From contig CAWJYV010000007.1 of NCBI GenBank assembly GCA_963847185.1, positions 608,001 to 672,000 on the forward strand: a DNA stretch of 64,000 nucleotides, given 5' to 3'. This DNA is from an uncultured Methanosarcinaceae archaeon (GTDB lineage: Archaea; Halobacteriota; Methanosarcinia; Methanosarcinales; Methanosarcinaceae). Positions within the stretch are counted from its first letter, which is position 1. Each line of letters opens with the position of its first letter. The position numbers and the translations under genes were made by a program. The notes under the pieces are model-generated. The model was not told the DNA's origin. It saw only the letters and a program-made list of their open reading frames with translations, and made no database searches. Of this stretch, positions 41,002-51,373 are shown piece after piece.

Positions 41002-42423
41002 ATGCTGCAAGTCTATAATACCCTGACAAGAGAAAAAGAGCCATTCAAACCTTTAAAGGAAGGCGAGATTTCGATTTATGCCTGCGGACCTACGGTCTAT
41101 AATATGCCGCATATCGGTAATTATCGTACTTTTCTGACGGCGGACAATATTGAAAGAACTCTCGAATATCTTGGATACAGGGTAAAACTCGTAATGAATA
41201 TCACGGATATCGATGACAAGACTATCAGGGATTCAAAAGCTGCGGGAATGTCTCTCAAAGACTTTACGAATAAATACGCAGCTGAATTCTTTAAAGGCCT
41301 GGATATGTTGAATATAAAGAGAGCTTCAGCGTATCCTAAAGCTACCGAAAACGTTGAAGGTATGATCAAACTTGCTGAAAAGCTGATAGAAAAGGGACTT
41401 GCTTACGAGAAAGATGGCTCTGTTTACTACAGGATTTCAAGGTTTCCTGACTACGGCAAACTTTCAAAGCTTGATTTTGATAAGATTCTTGTTGGAGCGT
41501 CGGTGGATGTAGATGAATACGATAAAGATAATCCCCGCGATTTTGCTCTGTTAAAAGCTTCTACCCCTGAGGAAATCGAAATAGGTATTTATTATGAAAG
41601 CCCCTGGGGAAAAATCCGTCCTGGATGGCACATCGAATGCTCTGTCATGGCCATGAAATATTTCGGACCAACGCTTGATATGCATCTCGGAGGAGTGGAC
41701 CTTATCTTCCCTCATCATGAAAACGAGATCGCTCAGTCTGAAGGAGCAACTGGAAAGCCTTTTGTGCACTACTGGATTCATGGCGAACACCTCATAGTGG
41801 AAGGAGAGAAGATGAGTAAATCGAAGGGGAACTACTTCACATTGCCTGAGATTGTCGGGAAGTATAGTGGAGAAGTTGTTCGTTTTATGTTTCTTTCAGT
41901 TCACTATCGGAGAAAGCTTGACTATTCCGACGCCTTCGCAGAAAATGCAAAAAATAATTATTTACGGCTTAAAGAAACTCTTGATAACCTGAAATTCGCC
42001 CTCGAAAGTTCAGAAGACAAACTATATCCCGAAGACGAAGAAGTTCTCAAAGCCCTTCCTGAAATGGAAATTCAGTTTAGTGAAGCTCTTGAAGATGATT
42101 TCAACACTCCTAAAGCTATAAATGTACTTAAAGACCTTTCCCGAAAGTCCAATAAATATCTTGAGGCAGGAAAAAACAGAAAGGTTCTTAAAGATCTCTA
42201 CTCTCTTTTCGGGCAGTTTTCTGATGTTCTGGGCATCTTTGCAGAAGCTGGAAATGAGGAAATTCCGGAAGAAGTAATGAAACTGGTTGAAGAACGCGAA
42301 GTTGCCCGAAAAGAGAAAAATTGGACAGTTTCCGATGTCCTCAGGGAGAAAATAAAATCTCTGGGATATATAGTGCAGGATACAAAACAGGGCCCTAATG
42401 TCAAAAAGGTCGAAGAGAGTTGA
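41002..42423 (+). CDS. cysS: Cysteine--tRNA ligase
   Basis: [32 protein letters not shown]. Confidence 0.97.
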   Translation: MLQVYNTLTREKEPFKPLKEGEISIYACGPTVYNMPHIGNYRTFLTADNIERTLEYLGYRVKLVMNITDIDDKTIRDSKAAGMSLKDFTNKYAAEFFKGLDMLNIKRASAYPKATENVEGMIKLAEKLIEKGLAYEKDGSVYYRISRFPDYGKLSKLDFDKILVGASVDVDEYDKDNPRDFALLKASTPEEIEIGIYYESPWGKIRPGWHIECSVMAMKYFGPTLDMHLGGVDLIFPHHENEIAQSEGATGKPFVHYWIHGEHLIVEGEKMSKSKGNYFTLPEIVGKYSGEVVRFMFLSVHYRRKLDYSDAFAENAKNNYLRLKETLDNLKFALESSEDKLYPEDEEVLKALPEMEIQFSEALEDDFNTPKAINVLKDLSRKSNKYLEAGKNRKVLKDLYSLFGQFSDVLGIFAEAGNEEIPEEVMKLVEEREVARKEKNWTVSDVLREKIKSLGYIVQDTKQGPNVKKVEES

Positions 42424-42455
42424 AAGTTCTTCTTTTGAAATTATCCATTTCCAAG

Positions 42456-43316
42456 TTAAAGTTTAAGACTCGGGCTCCCTTCTTTTTCTGAAACTCTCTC
42501 ACTAATTGCCTGTATCTGGGAATCTTGAAGTGAAGAATAGATTTCGTTCAGGCCCTGAAGGATTTTGAACCCTTTTTCAGTAATCATATAATCTCCTCTT
42601 TCGTGCTGCTGCAGAATAAGCCCGCTGTCCATTAGTTTCTGGAGATGGAAAAGCAGGTTTCCTCCTCTCAGGCCTGTAAGTTCGGAAAATGCCGAGAAAC
42701 TTCTGGTTTCGAAAGCTACAGCTCTAAGAATCTCAAGGCGCTGATTATTAGATACAGGTTCAAGAATCTCGCTCATAATCACTTTGGTTTTAAGGGCTGA
42801 AATGTCGGTTTTATGCTCCTGGTTGTCTGCATAAATCCTCATAGAGCGCATGAGATTAACCTGTTTGATAAAGAGGCTCGAAACTTCGGAAAAGCATTGT
42901 TCGCATTTAGTACCAAAAGGAGCCCCGCATCTCAGTTCATCCAGCTTTTTTCTGTTGTTCGAAATTAGGGTGTCTTCTACTTTGCTTTGTTTTATCAGCC
43001 CTGCGTTTTTTTGCAGAATCGCTGTAAATGCAGAAGTGCAGTTTTTCTTTTCAGGGCATTTTTTTACCATATTCCTTTCCAGTCCTGTATCGATATCATC
43101 AAAAAGATGAGTGAGAAGAACATTTGAGTATTCCTGTCTTGAAATTTCGAGAGCTGCCTCTAAACGCAGTCTATTGGAGTATTCCATAACTTTTTTGATA
43201 TCGTTATGCATCTCGGAAAGTTTTTCCTTAATAGCCTTCATTTCCGCCAGCTCCTGAGCCTCAGCAATTACCGGGTTATCAGCGGCGTTTTCCTTTATCC
43301 TGCCTGCTTCTATCAT
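42456..43316 (-). CDS. ArsR-type winged-helix regulator with Cys-containing N-terminal region
   Basis: EPVSNNQRLEIL..FSAFSELTGLRGGNLLFHLQKL..YMITEKG; CPEKKNC and C..KCEQC. Confidence 0.85.
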   Translation of the reverse strand: MIEAGRIKENAADNPVIAEAQELAEMKAIKEKLSEMHNDIKKVMEYSNRLRLEAALEISRQEYSNVLLTHLFDDIDTGLERNMVKKCPEKKNCTSAFTAILQKNAGLIKQSKVEDTLISNNRKKLDELRCGAPFGTKCEQCFSEVSSLFIKQVNLMRSMRIYADNQEHKTDISALKTKVIMSEILEPVSNNQRLEILRAVAFETRSFSAFSELTGLRGGNLLFHLQKLMDSGLILQQHERGDYMITEKGFKILQGLNEIYSSLQDSQIQAISERVSEKEGSPSLKL

Positions 43317-43774
43317 AATTCTAAATCTTCCATACTTCTATTTATCTATAACTTTTAAAGTCATTCTGATGTATAAATTCATCAGTATTTATTGACATAT
43401 TTAGTATCTTTTAACGTTGGTTATATGCAAATCAGCAGTTAGCTAATTATCAATATAGGAAAGCTTCCGGAAATTGGAAGAAGAGTTAAAAGGATACGGT
43501 GAGTCGCTGGATGTGTGAAGGCGAAGCTCCCAGGCAGCCCTGCATTACTGAAGAAGGAGCATGCAATATTTGCGTAAAAAGGAAATCTTGCAGAAAGGAA
43601 AAACAAATAAATTGACAAGAAAGTAGCAAATAAAACGGAGTACTTGACTATTTTTGGATCCGGCTGAGAAAGTGTCAATAAATATTTATCTAATTATATA
43701 CTATGTTGTTTATGTTTTATTTGTTCTAATTCTGGGTCGTATTTTTTTTTCTATAGTACGTACCCGTACTTGCT

Positions 43775-44161
43775 GTGGGGGTGAAATTTCTGAATACAGA
43801 GATCGTTAATGGGAAAGTGGGTGACGATTCCGACAAGGATACCTTAAAAACTGTGTCTATTTTAGCCGAACTGGGGCATGCCCCAGGTGCATTTAAAAGA
43901 GTTATGCCTGTATCTCCTAAAGCTGTGGAAGAGAAATCTAGAGAATCAATCGCCAATGCCCTTCTTGTAATTAAAGAAATATCTGAACAGATTGCAGAGA
44001 CTATGGAAGAGACTCCTGCTGGGCATCGACCATCTCAGATGCAGATGGCATTCAACTTACGCTTAACTGCAACTGGGGACGCAGTTATTACCAAATCGGA
44101 GAAAGATCTAAATTTGAAAGTAACGCTCGTATGGAAGAATGAAGGAAAAGAAATCATATGA
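43775..44161 (+). CDS. Trypsin-co-occurring domain 1 (CU044_2847-like) protein
   Basis: PSQMQMAFNLRLTATGDAVITKSEKDLNLKVTLVW matches the family's P-x-E-x-x-F-x-L...KVTLxW pattern. Confidence 0.65.
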   Translation: MGVKFLNTEIVNGKVGDDSDKDTLKTVSILAELGHAPGAFKRVMPVSPKAVEEKSRESIANALLVIKEISEQIAETMEETPAGHRPSQMQMAFNLRLTATGDAVITKSEKDLNLKVTLVWKNEGKEII

Positions 44162-44294
44162 AAAGTAAGAGAAAGTCTGGCCTATGCAATTCGTAAACAT
44201 TTATTACAAATTTGCCTGCTAAGATGAAGACTTTTCTCTCCTCTTTCTGTAATTTCAAAAGGAAAAAATAGGTATCACCCAGAGTAAATTGATA

Positions 44295-45227
44295 ATGGTC
44301 AGTAACATGAAATCCAAAATGCTTGTCTTTTTATTGGTCCTTTCACTTGTTGCAAACGCGTATTTTGTATGGTTTGAAGAACAACCTTCATTTAAGGGAG
44401 AACAGGTACAGGAAATGCAGTCCCGTATAAATTCTCTTGAGGAGGAAAACGAAAACCTTAGGGGGCAGATTAATCAGAATAATGAGTCACTAAAGTCTTA
44501 TGCTTCTCAGCTTGATTCTTATCGAGAAAAAGTTTTCGAACTTCAGAATGGTTCTCCAATGTGTCCGGTAGGCCTTGAAGGGTTTGCTACACTTCAGGGG
44601 CCTGCAGTTTATCAGAAAATCCAGAATAATCAGGAAGGTCCATTTATCAGGCAATCAGTTTCTGAAGAAGGAGCTTTGCTCAACATCTCGGTTGAAATAA
44701 GACCCGGAAAGGGCCGCGTGCTTGTTCAGACAACTCCTCTTATGGGTGTGGTATTCCAGGACGCTGCAAACACTGCAGTCTTTGCAGCTGAGAATAAAAC
44801 TGAAAAGCAGCTCTCAAGCAGTGACATTATTTTCAGCATAACTGCTAAAGACAAAATCCCGGGTGTTGATGGGTCAAGTGCAGGTGCTCTTATGACTCTG
44901 CTTACTATTTCTGCTATCGAAAATAAAACACTTAATGACAGTATAACCCTTACAGGCACTATTGACAGTGAAGGCGCTATTGGAGAAATAGGTGGAGTCC
45001 TTGAAAAAGCCCAAGCAGCAAAAGATGGAGGTAAAACTCTCTTCCTAATACCCAGGGAAAACAGCAAACTTGTTACGTATAAGCTGGTAGAAAGAAGTTT
45101 TGGTGGCTTTACTATTGTTGAGAGGCAGCCGGAAATAGTGGACGCTGAAAAATACATCGAGAAAAAGGTGGGTATAAATATCGAATATGTGGACAATATT
45201 GAAGATGTCCTGAAATATGAGAAGTGA
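44295..45227 (+). CDS. Membrane-anchored S16 (Lon-like) serine protease without AAA+ domain
   Basis: N-terminal TM, coiled coil, VDGSSAGA (Ser), TGTI..GEIGGVLEKAQAA (Lys). Confidence 0.88.
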   Translation: MVSNMKSKMLVFLLVLSLVANAYFVWFEEQPSFKGEQVQEMQSRINSLEEENENLRGQINQNNESLKSYASQLDSYREKVFELQNGSPMCPVGLEGFATLQGPAVYQKIQNNQEGPFIRQSVSEEGALLNISVEIRPGKGRVLVQTTPLMGVVFQDAANTAVFAAENKTEKQLSSSDIIFSITAKDKIPGVDGSSAGALMTLLTISAIENKTLNDSITLTGTIDSEGAIGEIGGVLEKAQAAKDGGKTLFLIPRENSKLVTYKLVERSFGGFTIVERQPEIVDAEKYIEKKVGINIEYVDNIEDVLKYEK

Positions 45228-45649
45228 AACCAGGAGAGCTGGGATTTCCAATAATTTGACTGCAACATTTGTTTTCAGGAATTCTTTTCTTTCCTGAAAC
45301 CTCATATTCTTTTCCAAGTCTTTGGATTACGAATTCAGCTACGTTTTCTTTTGTGTTCCGCTTCTTGAGGATAAGGATATCTTTACTTTATACAAACTGC
45401 GTAAGATTTGTCTTCTTTTAGCTCAGGATCTTGTCTTTTTTGTAACCTTCGTTCTTCGAATTGATCTATGCTTATCAAGAAAGGTCTCTTATGGAACGCT
45501 CCCTACTTAAGACAGTTATTCTTTTATATGGTGTCAAATATATATTAGCAGACACCTGAAGCTAAGAGTAGATAGATAGACAAATAACATTAAAATCGTT
45601 ATTTCGGTATGCGATTTTCAAAATTTTGAAAAATTTTTTTCCTCATATT

Positions 45650-46540
45650 ATGCCACCTGAAATCATACCTATTCTTGAAGAACCTGCGCTTGTAGTCAGA
45701 AATTCTGAAATCTCACTTGCAGTTGCTGACATTCACCTTGGGATAGAGTGGGATCTGTACAGAAGCGGAATAAATTTACCCAGCCGAATGGAAGAGAGGC
45801 TGAACCGAATTCTGGGTTATATTCAAGAGAATTCCCCTGACAGGATCATACTTCTGGGGGATGTGAAGCATAATGTCCCTCAGGTTTCCTGGCAGGAAAA
45901 AGATGAAATTCCTCGTTTTCTTGAAACACTTGCAGAACGTGCCCATGTGGATATTTTTCCGGGAAACCATGATGGGGGAATCGAACTTCTTTTCAGCAGG
46001 CAGAAGGATATTACAGTTCATTCAGCACGCGGTGCGGTTGTTGACGGAGTAGGATATTTTCACGGGCATACCTGGCCTGCACCTGAATTGCTGGCTGCAT
46101 CTCATGTAGTCACTGCACACAATCATCCTACTGTTCGTTTTACGGATTCCTTTGGTTACTCCATTGTGGAACCTTCCTGGGTCAGGACAAAGTTTATTGA
46201 ATATACCCTGAAAACCCGTTTCGTAAATCTTGATTTTGAAAACAAGGAACAATGGGCAGACCCTGAGCTTTTTATTATGCCCGCCTTTAACGAACTTTGT
46301 GGGGGAGTACCTTTTAACGAATCAATGCAGGAAGATTTGCTGGGTCCTGTCTTCTCTTCAGGAGGGGTTGAAATTGAAAATGCGGAAATTTATTTACTTG
46401 ACGGGACAAGACTCGGGATTCTGAAAAATATCCGCAAATTGCAGCATACAAGGGTTAAAAATGGCAGTATGAGAGGGAATGGGAGCAAGAAAGGAAACAG
46501 AAGTACAAACAGAAACCATACATCCAAAAACTCTTCCTGA
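45650..46540 (+). CDS. Calcineurin-like metallophosphoesterase
   Basis: ADIHLG, LGDVKH, PGNHDG, FHGH, AHNHP, MPAFN. Confidence 0.9.
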   Translation: MPPEIIPILEEPALVVRNSEISLAVADIHLGIEWDLYRSGINLPSRMEERLNRILGYIQENSPDRIILLGDVKHNVPQVSWQEKDEIPRFLETLAERAHVDIFPGNHDGGIELLFSRQKDITVHSARGAVVDGVGYFHGHTWPAPELLAASHVVTAHNHPTVRFTDSFGYSIVEPSWVRTKFIEYTLKTRFVNLDFENKEQWADPELFIMPAFNELCGGVPFNESMQEDLLGPVFSSGGVEIENAEIYLLDGTRLGILKNIRKLQHTRVKNGSMRGNGSKKGNRSTNRNHTSKNSS

Positions 46541-46728
46541 GATAATCAGGCAAGCAACCAGGTGATAAGTGCTGGAAAACTGAAACGAAAATTCAAAGCG
46601 ATTTCTTCCAGGAAAGTATAATTTTATTAATATATTGATTCTTTTCTCAATGTTTATATAAAATGCATGGATCTATGGAAAAAAATAAATGTCAGGAATC
46701 AGGCTAATAGACAGTCATCATTCTTGAT

Positions 46729-46784
46729 AACTCAAACTTAACTCAAACCTAACTCAAACCTAACTCAAAGTTAACTCAAACTTA
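46729..46784. repeat. 11-bp tandem repeat x5 (AACTCAAACCT/TT) upstream of lysS
   Basis: Directly visible. Confidence 0.85.
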
Positions 46785-47018
46785 CATCATTCAGCCCAGG
46801 TGAATGGAAATTCAAAGGCTTTCAGCAGCCCCTAAAGCCCTCCACAATCTCCTTTTGCTGTAAGTTTGGGCTTGATTATTGATTACCAACTTATTACTAC
46901 TATCGATCTACTATGAGTGATTTAATGATCGGGCTTCTTACTGATTTCTGATCTATTTCACGGGTAATTACTGATCAGTTTATTTATTCGTATTACTTGA
47001 AGAGGATGTACTGATTCA

Positions 47019-48554
47019 ATGAGCATGGAAATTAACAATACAGAGAATTCGGAAAATATTCCCCTTTCTGACAACAATGATAGCTCAAATAGCAGGGTCT
47101 TTGATGACTCTAAACTTGTAAAATTAAATGGCCTCAGGACACAGGGGCTGAATCCTTATCCTTACAAGTTTGAAAAGAATGGAGATATCTGTGATATACT
47201 TAAAAAGTTCGACGACTTTGAAAAGAATGAAGGTTTAACTGTCAGGACGGCTGGTAGACTTTACAATATTCGCAAGCATGGGAAAATGATATTTGCCGAC
47301 CTTGGAGATCAGGCTGGCAGGATTCAGATTCTTGTAAGGAAAGGCAACCTTCCTGATGAGGAGTTCGAGATCTTTAAAAACTTTGTAGATTCGGGAGATA
47401 TTATAGGAATCAAGGGAGAACTTTTCAGGACAAAGAGAGGGGAAAACTCTATCAGCGTATCCGAGTTCTCTTTGCTCTCAAAGTCCCTATGTGCGCTTCC
47501 GGAAAAATTCCACGGTTTAAAAGATATTGAAACCCGGTACAGGAAGAGATATCTTGACCTGATAGTCAATGCCGAAAAAAGGGATATTTTCGTCATGAGG
47601 AGCAAACTCATCTCCGAAATCAGAAGATTCCTTTCCGAAAGGGAATTTCTGGAATTTGAGACCCCTATCCTTCAGACTGTGTACGGAGGGGCAAATGCAA
47701 GGCCTTTCATGACTTTTCACAACTGCCTTGGACAGAACCTGTTCCTCAGGATTGCTCCCGAACTTTATCTCAAGAGGCTTGTTGTCGGAGGTTACGAGAA
47801 GGTCTTTGAGATTTCCAAAAACTTCAGGAATGAAGATATCGACACCACTCACAACCCTGAGTTTACAATGATAGAGATCTACGAGGCTTACCAAGACTAT
47901 AATGACATGATGGACTTAACCGAAGCCCTGATCTCGGAACTCGTGTTCAAGCTTACCGGCGGCTACGAAGTTAAAATGGGTGAGAAAACTATCAACCTCC
48001 GCTCCCCCTGGAAAAGAATCTCAATGGAGGACGCTTTAATAGAGTATGCAGGGCTTGACGTTTTTGCCCACTCTCTTGAAGAGTTGAAGCAAATCGCAAT
48101 TCAGAACAGGATTGAGGATTATGAAAAGGCAAAAACCTACGGGGAATTCCTTGCCCTTCTCTTTGAAGGCCTTGTAGAAGACAAGCTAATAAATCCGACT
48201 TTCATATACGACTTCCCTGTAGAAAATTCCCCTCTTGCTAAAAACCACAGAGAAAAAGCAGGCTTTGTCGAGCGTTTCGAACTCTTCCTCAATGGCTGGG
48301 AACTGGCAAACGGTTACTCAGAATTAAACGACCCACTTGAACAGGAAAAAAGGTTTGAAGACCAGGACAAGAAAAGAAAGCTTGGAGACCTTGAAGCCCA
48401 GACAATCGATTATGACTTCATAAACGCTCTCGGATACGGACTGCCTCCAACAGGTGGCATGGGGCTTGGAATTGACCGCCTTACCATGATCCTTGCGGGG
48501 CTCGAATCTATTAAAGAAGTAATACTTTTCCCGCAGATGAAGAGAGAAGACTGA
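47019..48554 (+). CDS. lysS: Lysine--tRNA ligase, class II
   Basis: RYRKRYLDLI, GGANARPF, LRIAPELYLKRL, FRNEDIDTTHNPEF, GMGLGIDRL. Confidence 0.97.
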   Translation: MSMEINNTENSENIPLSDNNDSSNSRVFDDSKLVKLNGLRTQGLNPYPYKFEKNGDICDILKKFDDFEKNEGLTVRTAGRLYNIRKHGKMIFADLGDQAGRIQILVRKGNLPDEEFEIFKNFVDSGDIIGIKGELFRTKRGENSISVSEFSLLSKSLCALPEKFHGLKDIETRYRKRYLDLIVNAEKRDIFVMRSKLISEIRRFLSEREFLEFETPILQTVYGGANARPFMTFHNCLGQNLFLRIAPELYLKRLVVGGYEKVFEISKNFRNEDIDTTHNPEFTMIEIYEAYQDYNDMMDLTEALISELVFKLTGGYEVKMGEKTINLRSPWKRISMEDALIEYAGLDVFAHSLEELKQIAIQNRIEDYEKAKTYGEFLALLFEGLVEDKLINPTFIYDFPVENSPLAKNHREKAGFVERFELFLNGWELANGYSELNDPLEQEKRFEDQDKKRKLGDLEAQTIDYDFINALGYGLPPTGGMGLGIDRLTMILAGLESIKEVILFPQMKRED

Positions 48555-49335
48555 GCCACAAAGAATCAGTTTACTAGTTATTTCGGCTTGGGATTGTAGT
48601 CCAGTGATGGATCTTTTAGAAGATTCATCATTTCCTTTTTCCTTTCTTTTAGTGGTTAGTTCATACTATCTGATTATTTATCTTTTGATTCAATTCTTTT
48701 GCTGCTCATCCATCTTCCTTCACTGCTCATTTATCTTCCTTTTTTGGTTTTTTAAATCGAGTTAAAAATCCCCACTCTCATGCATAAGTCCTATAATATT
48801 AACTCCAAAATTTTACAGAATCTGGGAAATCAGTTTTTGGTGATAGACTTCCAAACTTCTAAAGAAACAAAGATCAGGAGAAATATTACTGTACTAATTA
48901 TATATTTAAAAATTTATCTATTGCTCTTAATATTTGGCTAAACTAAGAAAAGTTCGTTATTATAATGCCAACTTAGATAGATTGAAAGATCAGTGTTGAT
49001 TGAAAAATAGCTTGAATAGAGGTACTGAGAATATTGGGTGAAAAACATGAGAGAAATTAACAGTTTAAATTATCTTTTAGTTCTTCTTCAGGGAATCGAC
49101 AATTTTACAAGTTTAATGTTACTGAAAAGCACTTTAAACTCCCGAAGGCTTTCAGAAATCTTCTTTCTGTCCTGGTCCAGAGGTTTTCAAATTGGGAACT
49201 TTTGAGTTCATAATGAACTCAAACAACAATGACATCATGAAATTGATATGAATAACCCAAATAAGATTTTTCATATTGTGATTTTAGTTCTGTACGCTGC
49301 ATAAGCAGAAAAAATTAAAATGTGGGGATATAACG

Positions 49336-50838
49336 ATGAAAAATCTAATACTTATATTTAGTCTCATATTACTGATTTTCTCTTCTAATATAGTACTGGC
49401 AGAGGATACGAATTCCAATTTAAATTCAGGACAACAGAGTAACGTAACTAAAGGCCGCCTTTTGTGGAGTGGGATCAACTGGCGAGTCTATACTCAGATG
49501 GAAAACAGTACATGGGTGGATGATCAAGGTCTTCTTCATATGAGGTTACAAAAAATCGGGGACCGCTGGTATGGCACGGAGCTAAATAGCCCGACTACTT
49601 ATTTATATGGAAAATTTATATGGAATGTAAGTTCCACATCTTTGCAATTCGAACGTAATACATCAATTGGAATGTTTACTTATACAGATGATGATCATGA
49701 AATTGATATCGAAATAAATCAATGGCCTGGTCTCGATCCTCATTTATGGTTCGTGAATCAACCTGGGACACTTGGTAAACGCCCTGATAACGTTTATTAT
49801 AGTGTATATTCTAATTCTTCATATTTAGATGCAACAAACGTAACTTACATGTTTGATTGGGAGCCTACTTACATAAATTATTCAGCCATAAGTAGTGATG
49901 GAACAGTCATCAGCAACTGGAATTTAACAAATGCAAGCGCTGTGCCTCATGTCGATGCAACGATTATTGAAGTCATTACCACTGTAAGGGGAAAAGCGCC
50001 ATTAAGTGGGCAATCAAAAGAAATTGTATTTAATAGTTTCCAGTATATACCAAGTGATTCAGTAACAGTTCCGAATGTTGATTTTTCTGTATATCCTATC
50101 TGGGGGACAGCTCCTCTGCCGGTGACATTCACAGATAAGAGCACAGGTTCACCTACTTCCTGGTTCTGGGACTTTGGAGACGGAACTAATTCCACTGAGA
50201 GGAATCCTATTCATAATTACACTGCACCAGGAATTTACACAACTAGTCTGACAGTAAGCAATGCAAACGGTACACTCACAAGATATGCCGCAATTACTGT
50301 TACAGATAAAGCTGCTTCAGTACTTCCAGTAGCGAATTTCAGTACTAATATAAGTGAAGGTTATGCTCCCATTTATGTTCAGTTTACAGATATGTCGAAA
50401 AATGCAACTTCATGGAATTGGGACTTTGGAGATGGAACATATTCGACTGCCCGGAACCCTGTACATACTTTTAGTAAAACCGGAAAATATACTGTTATTC
50501 TGACGGTAAAGAATGCCAAAGACAGTAGTTCGGTAACGAAGACAGGCTTCATAAATGTTGCAAATTCTTTAAAACTTCCAGTTGCTGCTTTTTCGGCATC
50601 ACCAACCTCTGGAAATGCGCCCCTGAAGGTAATATTTACAGATAAGAGTACAGGCTCACCAACATCATGGAAATGGAGTTTTGGAGATGGAACATATTCA
50701 ACAGAGAAGAATCCTGTACATACATACAGCAAAGCAGGGAAATATACTATAAGTTTAACAGTAAAAAATGCGTCTGGCAATAACTCTTTAACAAAATATA
50801 AGTATGTCAGTGTAACTAGCTTCAAAGTGACAAAATGA
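49336..50838 (+). CDS. Secreted GH16-like glycoside hydrolase domain plus three PKD domains
   Basis: Signal peptide, EIDIE catalytic motif, three W.WDFGDG/WSFGDG PKD repeats. Confidence 0.82.
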   Translation: MKNLILIFSLILLIFSSNIVLAEDTNSNLNSGQQSNVTKGRLLWSGINWRVYTQMENSTWVDDQGLLHMRLQKIGDRWYGTELNSPTTYLYGKFIWNVSSTSLQFERNTSIGMFTYTDDDHEIDIEINQWPGLDPHLWFVNQPGTLGKRPDNVYYSVYSNSSYLDATNVTYMFDWEPTYINYSAISSDGTVISNWNLTNASAVPHVDATIIEVITTVRGKAPLSGQSKEIVFNSFQYIPSDSVTVPNVDFSVYPIWGTAPLPVTFTDKSTGSPTSWFWDFGDGTNSTERNPIHNYTAPGIYTTSLTVSNANGTLTRYAAITVTDKAASVLPVANFSTNISEGYAPIYVQFTDMSKNATSWNWDFGDGTYSTARNPVHTFSKTGKYTVILTVKNAKDSSSVTKTGFINVANSLKLPVAAFSASPTSGNAPLKVIFTDKSTGSPTSWKWSFGDGTYSTEKNPVHTYSKAGKYTISLTVKNASGNNSLTKYKYVSVTSFKVTK

Positions 50839-50875
50839 GTGAAAAATCTCGGTTAAAATAATAACGAAAAAGGTC

Positions 50876-50932
50876 AAGACCAGAAGGCTGTCAGGAATTT
50901 TGTCGATTAAGTTAAGTCAAACCTTCTGGTCT
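50876..50932. terminator. Inverted repeat or terminator after the PKD gene
   Basis: AAGACCAGAAGG...CCTTCTGGTCTT 12-bp stem. Confidence 0.5.
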
Positions 50933-51046
50933 TATTTAATATTTGAAAATTATTTTCCTGCCTCTGTAACTTGTTTCTGTGAATTTTTCGGTTCTTTATG
51001 GGTAGTGCTCTGAAATAAGTACTGATAATATCATGATTTATATTAT

Positions 51047-51172
51047 GAGCTAATCCCGAAAACTCAGATTACATCCTTAAATCTCGGATTTTGGATAATC
51101 AATCTTCTGATCAGGAAAATGGTTCTGAAACTCTTTTTTACGTTGAAATAGAATTGGTTTTGGGATTAGTTT
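51047..51172. mobile_element. MITE, same family as 8660-8791
   Basis: GAGCTAATCCCGAAAAC...GTTTTGGGATTAGTTT; shared internal AATCTCG.ATTTTG..ATAAT and TTCTGAAA. Confidence 0.75.
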
Positions 51173-51373
51173 TATAAGAAATTAATTTAATTTCTAACTA
51201 TTTTACATCCAAAAAAGCTACTACTTTTTATCTTGCATCCAAAGTCCTCATTCTGCACCCAGGTCAGGAGACAAAGGTGCTTTAAGTGCAAAGCCTCTTA
51301 AATAAAAGCATTTATATTCTTGCTGACTAACTCAACAACTGGAATAATTCTAACCAAAATCGCTTACGAAAAC

